From a virus (Duplodnaviria; Caudoviricetes), in the IMG/VR virus record IMGVR_UViG_3300018024_000018, positions 1 to 32,700 of that record: a stretch of 32,700 bases of DNA, one strand, 5' to 3'. Positions 1 to 6,009 of the stretch are shown here, piece by piece (within the stretch, counting starts at the first letter, position 1; every line of letters begins with the position of its first letter). Position numbers and translations under genes: made by a program. The notes under the pieces were generated by a model. It had not been told where the DNA came from. It saw only the letters and a list, made by a program, of their open reading frames with translations, and ran no database searches.

Positions 1-33
1 CTGGGTATAGTATCGTTCACCTAGCGTGATCAT
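1..33 (-). CDS. 5' end of a leftward gene running off the window (MITLGERYYTQ...)
   Basis: ATG at 33-31, 3 nt after the stop of the 37..108 micro-ORF, with purine-rich GGAAAGGAAA upstream; open to the window edge. Confidence 0.4.
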   Translation of the reverse strand, partial: MITLGERYYTQ

Positions 34-36
34 GAC

Positions 37-108
37 TTATTTCCTTTCCTTTCCCAAATAGTTTTCAAGAGCCAGAATGACATCGCGAAGTTTTGAAATC
101 GAGTTCAT
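37..108 (-). CDS. 23-aa micro-ORF MNSISKLRDVILALENYLGKERK, paralogous to the C-terminus of 105..299
   Basis: Translated by hand. ATGA overlap with the stop of 105..299; shares IL-L-NYLGKE with that gene's end. Confidence 0.5.
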   Translation of the reverse strand: MNSISKLRDVILALENYLGKERK

Positions 109-299
109 TGCTCTTCTTTTCCCAAATAATTTTTAAGATTCAAGATGAGCATCCGCATCTGCGAAGCTTTGTTATTCTCCGCCCAATATTGATCTTGAAG
201 CGTCTTGATGATGTCGGCCGATTCTTTAATGCTTTTCTCGATGGGCTTCAGCTCCGCCTTAAGCTTTACGATCAAGCACTCAACCTCAATTCTGTTCAT
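105..299 (-). CDS. hypothetical coiled-coil phage protein (64 aa)
   Basis: AGGAGA SD upstream; ATGA overlap with 296..541; heptad-like sequence. Confidence 0.7.
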   Translation of the reverse strand: MNRIEVECLIVKLKAELKPIEKSIKESADIIKTLQDQYWAENNKASQMRMLILNLKNYLGKEEQ

Positions 300-541
300 G
301 ACTTCTCCTTTGCCTTTTCTGCCTCATAGACATCCAGGAATGGCTGGGTGAGTTCGTGCAACACCGCCCAGCGTCTTTTTCTTTCCCTGTCATATGTTTT
401 ACGAGCAGGCGGAAAATCGGACATCAAGACGCCCCACCAAAATCCCCGTGCGAGCAAGTAAGCCTGCCGCGCGATCTCCACCCGATCTGTCAACCCTTCT
501 TCTATCGAATCTTTCAGGCGTGTTATTCTGACCTGACCCAT
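296..541 (-). CDS. hypothetical phage protein (81 aa)
   Basis: Start and stop overlap neighbours on both sides (TGATG, ATGA). Confidence 0.7.
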   Translation of the reverse strand: MGQVRITRLKDSIEEGLTDRVEIARQAYLLARGFWWGVLMSDFPPARKTYDRERKRRWAVLHELTQPFLDVYEAEKAKEKS

Positions 542-690
542 CAGCCCTTCCTCTGTCTCAACTTACGTTCCTGTTCCCTTCTCGATTTCGCTCTTTCCCT
601 CTCCACGATCACGCCCACGTCGCATTTCGGCGCGCCCCGATAACGAGCGATGATTTTCTTTCTCGCGGCCTTCACATCAGCGATGGTCAT
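541..690 (-). CDS. small basic hypothetical protein (49 aa, MTIADVKAARKKIIARY...RQRKG)
   Basis: Hand-translated ORF below the track cutoff. It fills the gap and its TGA overlaps the ATG of 296..541. Confidence 0.55.
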   Translation of the reverse strand: MTIADVKAARKKIIARYRGAPKCDVGVIVERERAKSRREQERKLRQRKG

Positions 691-709
691 CTTGGGTCAT
701 CTTGCAGAA

Positions 710-1246
710 TCAAATTCTCAGGAGATAAGAGCCGGGAAAATTGAAGCGTCTGGAAGATTGAGGCTCGGGTTGCGTTCCTGTTCCTGTTCCTGTTCCCTTC
801 TCGATGTGAGCCCAACCTTTCATCTCGTTCCAACGTTCAGGCGTAATCTTGTCCGGACCAATGAAGCAGTCGTCAAACATGAACCCCAGCTCAGCGCCTC
901 CCGGATATTCCAGGACCAGAACATTGTGAACGTGAGGGACGGCGTCGATCAGCAACTGAACATTCATCTCCTTAGCCTCGGCCATAAGACCAGCCTTGAA
1001 GCCGGCCAGCTGGTCATCGGTGAATTCGTAGAGTCTATCCTCAGGATGCGCCGCCAACGCTTTCTTCGCAGTGTCCAGTTTCCATTCATAGGAAATCGAG
1101 CAATCCTCAGCCGCCGCAGGAGCGGCCAAGAGAAAAGGGAGCAGGGCGACGGCGGAGAGGCCAAGAGAAAAAGGGAGCAGGGCGAGGGCGGAGAGGCCAA
1201 GAGAAAAAGGGAGCAGGGCGAGGGCGAAGCGAGACTTGGGACGCAT
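710..1246 (-). CDS. putative exported/periplasmic protein with a repeat-expanded signal peptide (178 aa)
   Basis: Start re-called at ATG 1246 behind AGGAGA. Basic N-terminus MRPKSR, long hydrophobic stretch, APAAA|ED signal-peptidase-like site. Confidence 0.7.
   Translation of the reverse strand: MRPKSRFALALLPFSLGLSALALLPFSLGLSAVALLPFLLAAPAAAEDCSISYEWKLDTAKKALAAHPEDRLYEFTDDQLAGFKAGLMAEAKEMNVQLLIDAVPHVHNVLVLEYPGGAELGFMFDDCFIGPDKITPERWNEMKGWAHIEKGTGTGTGTQPEPQSSRRFNFPGSYLLRI
1124..1227. repeat. tandem repeat, about 3 x 35-36 bp (GGCCAAGAGAAAA(A)GGGAGCAGGGCGASGGCGGAGA)
   Basis: Units start at 1124, 1159 and 1195; they encode ALALLPFSLGLS repeats on the minus strand. Confidence 0.95.
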
Positions 1247-1258
1247 GGTCTTCTCCTG

Positions 1259-1287
1259 AAAAAACGGGCCCGCCGGGCGACGGGCCC
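1259..1287 (-). terminator. intrinsic terminator/attenuator-like hairpin in the leader of the leftward operon
   Basis: Minus strand reads GGGCCCGTC-GCCC-GGCGGGCCC then GTTTTTT, immediately before the SD of 710..1246. Confidence 0.6.
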
Positions 1288-1393
1288 AGTCATGGGAGGA
1301 ACGTCGAATTTTAGCAACGGAACACAGAAAAGATGAGATGTCAAGCGAGAAACGAAGCGGGGTGGAAAATTCTGAATAACCGAAAGAACTGGG

Positions 1394-1424
1394 ATTTTGG
1401 CAGAAATTTTTGGGGAATGTCAAG
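1394..1424 (-). promoter_or_regulatory. candidate leftward sigma70 promoter
   Basis: Minus strand TTGACA-N18-CAAAAT. A second CTTGACA lies at 1339-1345 with a poor -10. Confidence 0.4.
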
Positions 1425-1550
1425 CCAGAAATAAATGAACAAGATGAAAATGCTAAAAACTGGTCATCCTATGTACAACAAGGTTAAACCCGTCGCACGC
1501 GCGTTCAGACCCCTTCGCCCCATCAACCATAGCAAAAAGAATTTTTTTCT

Positions 1551-1566
1551 TTAAGGATGCCTTAAC
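1551..1566. promoter_or_regulatory. CtrA-type binding box TTAA-N7-TTAAC
   Basis: TTAA GGATGCC TTAAC is an exact match to the alphaproteobacterial CtrA consensus and lies between divergent promoters. Confidence 0.6.
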
Positions 1567-1590
1567 CCTAACAAAAGAATCAATAAAAAA

Positions 1591-1611
1591 TTTGCTAGGC
1601 CGCCTCGCAAA
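1591..1611. promoter_or_regulatory. palindromic operator-like site, copy 1 (TTTGCTA-N7-TCGCAAA)
   Basis: One mismatch to the palindromes at 3078 and 5959; ends 4 bp upstream of the -35 at 1616. Confidence 0.65.
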
Positions 1612-1615
1612 AACA

Positions 1616-1644
1616 CTTGACACAAGCCAACCAAAGGACTATAT
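1616..1644 (+). promoter_or_regulatory. rightward sigma70 (RpoD) promoter
   Basis: CTTGAC-N17-CTATAT, the rhizobial RpoD consensus, about 50 bp upstream of the 1692 start. Confidence 0.8.
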
Positions 1645-1691
1645 CTTCACATGACGCCAAACAAGCGTCGCAAATAAGAAAGGATCGACCA

Positions 1692-2372
1692 ATGACTAAG
1701 CTAGTGACAGTCCCGACGTTTGCCGAAGAGGCGTTCAATGTGGGGTTCAAGGCGGGCGAAACCTTCGCGGAAGCCGTGACATTCTTTTCCACACTGACCT
1801 GGAGCGACACAGTAAGGTGCGCTACAATCCTACGCGAATACAAGCTCGGCAAGCTTGCCGGCACGCTCAAAATCGATCGCTACCAGGCGATCAGGATCGA
1901 AGGCAAGACCAATCCAACTGCCAAAAAAGGCGAACGACGGACTATCGAGGAGCATAAAGCCTATCTGGCGGCAAGCGCCAGTATGAACCTCGTGGCGTCA
2001 GCGGCTGGTCGGCCAAAGCAAGAAGCAAAGAAACGTGCACCGCGCGTCCCGGTTCCGACTGCCAACTCGGCGGCAGAGGCGACAGAAGACATGGCCAAAA
2101 GCGACGCTAAACTTTTGGCTCGCATACCAGACGTTACGGACGTTGACGGCGCCGCGATATTTGCGCTCGATGTCGTCGACTTGATCCAGGCGTTCGAACT
2201 CAAGAACGCCAAGGCGGGGATTGGCGTCTATCGCGGAATCTTCCATGATTTCGTGATGCGCATCCTCAGCATAACCGACCGTGACGAATCTAAAGAAATC
2301 GAGGCTGAGATTAAGGCTGTAAATGATCCGGAAACGGCGCAAGAGGCGATTAGGGAACTAATTGCCGCTTAA
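1692..2372 (+). CDS. hypothetical early protein (226 aa), stand-alone transcription unit
   Basis: ATG 1692 with AAGGA SD (the track's TTG start at 1617 is the -35 box); own promoter and terminator. Confidence 0.85.
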   Translation: MTKLVTVPTFAEEAFNVGFKAGETFAEAVTFFSTLTWSDTVRCATILREYKLGKLAGTLKIDRYQAIRIEGKTNPTAKKGERRTIEEHKAYLAASASMNLVASAAGRPKQEAKKRAPRVPVPTANSAAEATEDMAKSDAKLLARIPDVTDVDGAAIFALDVVDLIQAFELKNAKAGIGVYRGIFHDFVMRILSITDRDESKEIEAEIKAVNDPETAQEAIRELIAA

Positions 2373-2399
2373 CGAAAAACCTAATTCTTAATTAACTGA

Positions 2400-2428
2400 C
2401 CCCACGTCGAAAGGCGTGGGGATTTTTT
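2400..2428 (+). terminator. rho-independent terminator
   Basis: CCCCACGTC-GAAA-GGCGTGGGG stem-loop followed by ATTTTTT. Confidence 0.9.
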
Positions 2429-2798
2429 CGTTTTACAAAAAGGCATTTTATTCAACAATTTCAATGATGCAATCACAAAAAGCCCAAAAATGGCCTGGTT
2501 TTTTAGACCACTTGCTGTTTCTATAAGCAAAAAAGCTTAATGAGATCAAGGGGATTAGTATATATGGGTGTGTAATCCATATCTTTCTTTTTTACGCTTC
2601 GCTTTATTTGCCTTCCTCTGTGAGATAGAGTACTCTGTCAGGCAGAGTCCCATTCCATCGATTCCTCTCCCTTAAGTGTTCTCTTGAAAAAAGATGCACA
2701 TGGCTCATGCCGCCACTGATGATTTAATTGACTTTTTTGCCTTTATGGAAGCAAATACTTGGTTTTCCGTCCGACCACGTCCCGATCACAGCGCTGAT

Positions 2799-2827
2799 TT
2801 GACATAGGAATTTGAATGTGGTAGATT
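2799..2827 (+). promoter_or_regulatory. sigma70 promoter for the long early operon
   Basis: TTGACA-N17-TAGATT with an extended -10 TG. Confidence 0.75.
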
Positions 2828-2835
2828 GATGAGAA

Positions 2836-2881
2836 TGGAGGAAAATTGGTGAAATTGGTGAAATTGGAGGAAAATTGGTGA
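2836..2881. repeat. short direct repeats GAAA(A)TTGG x4, duplicating SD plus start-like sequence
   Basis: TGGAGGAAAATTGGTGA occurs twice, flanking GAAATTGGT units. Confidence 0.8.
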
Positions 2882-2886
2882 GATAC

Positions 2887-3105
2887 ATGAGATTCAAGTG
2901 CCCGTGCTGCACGCGCCACTTCCGCCTTTGGAACGAGTTGCAGCATCACGTCGTCATGGCTGGCGAGTGTCCCCTTTTGCGCGATCGTTTGCTGACTGCT
3001 GATGAGGCCCGCGCGGTCATGGAGCAAAAACGGATTAAGTCTTTGAGACGCTATCCAAAGAGACACGAACTCGAAAATTTGCGATGTCTCATCGCAAAGA
3101 AGTAA
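2887..3105 (+). CDS. small zinc-finger protein (C2H2-like spacing); start may be 2875, 2878 or 2887
   Basis: F-x-C-x2-C-x3-F-x5-L-x2-H pattern (FKCPCCTRHFRLWNELQHH); GGAGG upstream. Confidence 0.7.
   Translation: MRFKCPCCTRHFRLWNELQHHVVMAGECPLLRDRLLTADEARAVMEQKRIKSLRRYPKRHELENLRCLIAKK
3078..3098. promoter_or_regulatory. palindromic operator-like site, copy 2 (TTTGCGA-N7-TCGCAAA)
   Basis: Perfect inverted repeat TTTGCGATG-TCT-CATCGCAAA at the 3' end of the zinc-finger gene. Confidence 0.65.
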
Positions 3106-3121
3106 GGAATAGGAGAGTGAG

Positions 3122-3208
3122 ATGTGGTGTTTTCCGTTGATCGTGATCGCGACCTGGGCAGGTCTGCTGCTCTTGGCGAGGTTTCTGGAAAGAGAGAAGA
3201 GGAAGTGA
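3122..3208 (+). CDS. 28-aa single-TM micro-protein MWCFPLIVIATWAGLLLLARFLEREKRK
   Basis: Hand-translated. AGGAGAG SD, hydrophobic helix with charged tail, fills the gap between genes. Confidence 0.6.
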   Translation: MWCFPLIVIATWAGLLLLARFLEREKRK

Positions 3209-3209
3209 A

Positions 3210-3866
3210 GTGAAAATAATTGCCGACGACAACGCACGTCGCAGGCGTTGGGGCTGGGAGTTCAGGATTGAGCGAGCGTGGCTTACGGCGCACGAGTTGT
3301 CACGCTGGACATATAGCGAGTCTTTGGTGAGCGCGGCGACTATCATAGAGCGCGCTAAGTGTGGAGTGAGAGGCCTTGACTTAATCAAGCCTATTCATCG
3401 TGCAGGGGATGGAAAAATACGTCGCGGCCTCCCGCAAGGCTTGACCGATGACATGCTGACCATGGAGCAAGTCGAGATAATTAGAGGAATGAAGAAAGAG
3501 CACAAGCTGACCGATGTCGAGATCGCATCGAGATTCGCTGTCCCTGTCCGTTACGTCTTCGCTATCAAGGGACGGCGTGGGCCTGGAAACAAGTTGACGC
3601 GATTTGACGTAGGCGAGAAAAAAGAGCTGACCATTCCTGAGATCGCCAAGCGCGCTGGAGTGGCGCGAGAGACAATCTACACAAGATTGAGTCGCGGCGT
3701 CAGAGGCGCCAGCCTCCTGGCCGGCAAGCACAAGGGTCCGCGCCGCAATCAGGTGGCTCTGGCCAAGGCGACCATGGCGGAGTTTAAGAAGATACGAGAT
3801 ACGTGGGAAGTAGTAGACGGTCTTAGAGTTGTGAATTCTTTCGAATTCACTGATGATGGAGAGTGA
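3210..3866 (+). CDS. DNA-binding protein with two HTH-like motifs (218 aa)
   Basis: LTDVEIASRFAVPVRYVFAIK and LTIPEIAKRAGVARETIYTRL HTH patterns; GTG start after GAGGA. Confidence 0.75.
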   Translation: MKIIADDNARRRRWGWEFRIERAWLTAHELSRWTYSESLVSAATIIERAKCGVRGLDLIKPIHRAGDGKIRRGLPQGLTDDMLTMEQVEIIRGMKKEHKLTDVEIASRFAVPVRYVFAIKGRRGPGNKLTRFDVGEKKELTIPEIAKRAGVARETIYTRLSRGVRGASLLAGKHKGPRRNQVALAKATMAEFKKIRDTWEVVDGLRVVNSFEFTDDGE

Positions 3867-3867
3867 G

Positions 3868-4035
3868 ATGTGGTGGTGCATAGGGTTTGGAGTGTGTGTT
3901 GTGATCGGTGCGTTCGACACAACGCTAGGCATTTTCGCTTTCATCCTTTGGATGTTGGCGGGTGGCTATGGGTTCTTGTTCGAGACCGAAGCCGAGCAGA
4001 AAGAAAGAGAGAACGCAATGGATCGGAGGAAGTGA
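3868..4035 (+). CDS. small membrane protein, copy A (55 aa, MWWCIGFGVC...)
   Basis: GGAGAG SD; hydrophobic N-terminal segment; paralog directly downstream. Confidence 0.7.
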   Translation: MWWCIGFGVCVVIGAFDTTLGIFAFILWMLAGGYGFLFETEAEQKERENAMDRRK

Positions 4036-4036
4036 A

Positions 4037-4156
4037 ATGTGGTGGACGCGGTGCATAGGGTTTGGAGTGTGTCTTTTGCTCGGTTCGTTCGATATAAAAG
4101 TGGGCATTATTGCTTTCATCCTTTGGATGTTGGCGGATGCAAACTTGTCGCAATGA
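4037..4156 (+). CDS. small membrane protein, copy B (39 aa, MWWTRCIGFGVC...)
   Basis: GGAGG SD; 85-bp duplication of copy A (3877-3961 vs 4052-4136, 12 mismatches). Confidence 0.6.
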   Translation: MWWTRCIGFGVCLLLGSFDIKVGIIAFILWMLADANLSQ

Positions 4157-4184
4157 GGCCGAAGTAGAGATGATGGAGAGTAAA

Positions 4185-4628
4185 ATGTTAATCAATGAGA
4201 AAGAATATAATATTCAACCGTTTGAAGACCTTCATGGAGCAGACCTTCATGGAGCAAAGCTTTATGGAGCAGACCTTCATGGAGCAGACCTTTGTGAGGC
4301 AAACCTTTGTGAGGCAAACCTTTGTGAGGTAAACCTTCATGGAGCAGACCTTTATGGAGCAGACCTTCGTGGGGCAATAAATTTTTCTAAAGCTTTAATA
4401 TCAGATTGCAAAATGAAACAGGAGAGCGAAATGGACGAAGAAAAAGGTGGATTTGACATCCGCGAGGCGTTTCGGATTGTGCTTGATCTGGCGCGTCAGA
4501 TGAAGTTGGACAATGCTGAGCTGCGTGCGTGCGAGATTGTCGAGGCTGCCGGTGAGTCGCTCTGTGATGAGGAAGATGAGGAAAATGCTGAGGAGCAAGC
4601 CATGCGTCATTTAGGAGAAGGGATATGA
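4185..4628 (+). CDS. pentapeptide-repeat protein fused in frame to an acidic module that has its own start at 4431
   Basis: About 10 A-D/N-L-x-x repeats (15-bp units, about 4227-4376); SD GGAGAG before 4185 and AGGAGA before 4431. Confidence 0.8.
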   Translation: MLINEKEYNIQPFEDLHGADLHGAKLYGADLHGADLCEANLCEANLCEVNLHGADLYGADLRGAINFSKALISDCKMKQESEMDEEKGGFDIREAFRIVLDLARQMKLDNAELRACEIVEAAGESLCDEEDEENAEEQAMRHLGEGI

Positions 4629-4651
4629 TTAACGAAGGAGCAGCAGGACGC

Positions 4652-4741
4652 CGCCGCGTTCCCTGCTAGAACAAGGTCGCTAGGACCGAGAGGAGAAAGT
4701 TGCGATTGGACCGCGCCGCGTTCCTTGCTAGAACAAGGTCG
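4652..4741 (+). repeat. two copies (62-bp period) of a promoter-like element CGCCGCGTTCCYTGCTAGAACAAGGTCG
   Basis: 4652-4679 and 4714-4741 differ at 1 base; 4696-4734 recurs at 12733-12771. Confidence 0.9.
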
Positions 4742-4755
4742 TGAGGAGAAAGAAG

Positions 4756-5031
4756 ATGGGACCGATAGGAACTTTACGGCGTAGGACGGCCGACGTCGGG
4801 CCGACGCCGCTGGATCACTGGACAAGGCCGCGCGGCCAGGATCACTTGGCTGAGGCGACTCGCGAGCAGTTAGAAAAACTTGCGGAGTTGTTCGGTCGGA
4901 GCCAATCAGGCTTCATGACTTTTGCCGAGTTCCGACGGTCGGCATGGCTTGCCTTTGGCGGCGACTGCCTTATGGTGAATTGGGCTGGAATGATGGTCGG
5001 GATCGAGAAAGATGGATACGCTCATCATTGA
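4756..5031 (+). CDS. conserved small phage early protein (FRR...W.GM..GIE.DGY.H-type C-terminus)
   Basis: GAGGAG SD before ATG 4756; the C-terminal motif is recalled from small phage hypothetical proteins. Confidence 0.75.
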   Translation: MGPIGTLRRRTADVGPTPLDHWTRPRGQDHLAEATREQLEKLAELFGRSQSGFMTFAEFRRSAWLAFGGDCLMVNWAGMMVGIEKDGYAHH

Positions 5032-5053
5032 GTAATGAAAAAGGGAGAAAATA

Positions 5054-5908
5054 ATGTGGGGTTCGCTCGAAATTCGCCAAATAAAGAATCCACAGACGTT
5101 TGCCGGTGCAATGCAAATGTGGCAAAATGCCAAGCCTTGGCGTAGTGAGACAGGAGAATATGATCCGCGGCCAATTTGTTGGGAGTATCGACGCAAGAAA
5201 CACATGTCGATACGGAAAGGGCTTGACGGCTCGATTATATTCACGCTTTTCCGTATTGACGTTGTGACCTATCATCCCGACGAGTCGGTAACGATAGAAG
5301 GTTATTCTTCACAGTCGACAAACATCTTTGCGCGTAAGTTGCTACCCAAAGGATTGAGCGTTGACTTTAATAAATATTTCAGTATTGTTTGGATTGAGAA
5401 ACGAGAGTTAGAACCGGGGGATGACTATAGGCGTCAATCCGGTTTTAATATGGGCAAAATAGCAGTGCGTCTTATTCCTGCTAAGGATGGTGAGTTTCTA
5501 TGGAATTTCGCGCCGGAGACTCCGTCTAAGCCGTTCGAAGTGAAATATCTCAAGTCAAATGCACGTGCCGCGCTAAAAGCGCGAGGTTACTTTGATTTTC
5601 GATTATTTGCCAAGGCAAGAATGGCATTGAGTCAAGATTTCTCGGAAGTGGAGCGGGTCTTGGGGAAAAGTCCTCAATATCTGGCCTGCTTAGCTAAGCG
5701 ATCAGAGTGGAGCAAGTTGCTCGGTAGTGGGTTTGGTCCTCGTTCTTCTTTTTACTCTCGTCAGCTCATATCTTGTCGTCTTGAAGGGCTGCTCGAAAGG
5801 ATACGTTACGAAATTTACCGAACCGATAATTATATCGAGGTGGTGAAAATTCCTTACGTTAAGGATTGGCAACAAATGTCTAATATCATTAAGCAGAGCA
5901 ATAAATAG
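5054..5908 (+). CDS. hypothetical phage protein (284 aa)
   Basis: Long ORF, GGGAG SD, operon context. Confidence 0.85.
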   Translation: MWGSLEIRQIKNPQTFAGAMQMWQNAKPWRSETGEYDPRPICWEYRRKKHMSIRKGLDGSIIFTLFRIDVVTYHPDESVTIEGYSSQSTNIFARKLLPKGLSVDFNKYFSIVWIEKRELEPGDDYRRQSGFNMGKIAVRLIPAKDGEFLWNFAPETPSKPFEVKYLKSNARAALKARGYFDFRLFAKARMALSQDFSEVERVLGKSPQYLACLAKRSEWSKLLGSGFGPRSSFYSRQLISCRLEGLLERIRYEIYRTDNYIEVVKIPYVKDWQQMSNIIKQSNK

Positions 5909-5958
5909 TGAATAGAGGGAAAGTGCGTAAAGGTAAAAGTAGTGAAGAAAGTAGTGAA

Positions 5959-5979
5959 TTTGCGAGATGGCCTCGCAAA
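5959..5979. promoter_or_regulatory. palindromic operator-like site, copy 3 (TTTGCGA-N7-TCGCAAA)
   Basis: TTTGCGAG-ATGGC-CTCGCAAA, intergenic, 30 bp upstream of the AAA ATPase start. Confidence 0.7.
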
Positions 5980-6009
5980 AGACGTCCTACTAAAAAAGAA
6001 AGGTGAATT

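Noticed and set aside
650-1336. 228-aa plus-strand ORF
   Set aside because: Antisense shadow of 710..1246, which has the SD, signal peptide and operon context.
1617-1691. N-terminal extension of the 1692 gene from TTG 1617
   Set aside because: That TTG is part of the -35 box; the SD supports ATG 1692.
2695-2810. 37-aa ORF MHMAHAATDDLIDFF... in the non-coding block
   Set aside because: No SD, lies after a terminator and overlaps the 2799 promoter.
3877-4136. Diversity-generating retroelement TR/VR pair
   Set aside because: Mismatches are not adenine-specific and no reverse transcriptase is present in the window.
4652-4741. Mini CRISPR array (28-bp repeat, 34-bp spacer)
   Set aside because: Only two units. 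Similarity extends into the supposed spacer, and the polA copy spans both spacer and repeat. No cas operon; the Cas4-like gene is an ordinary phage nuclease.
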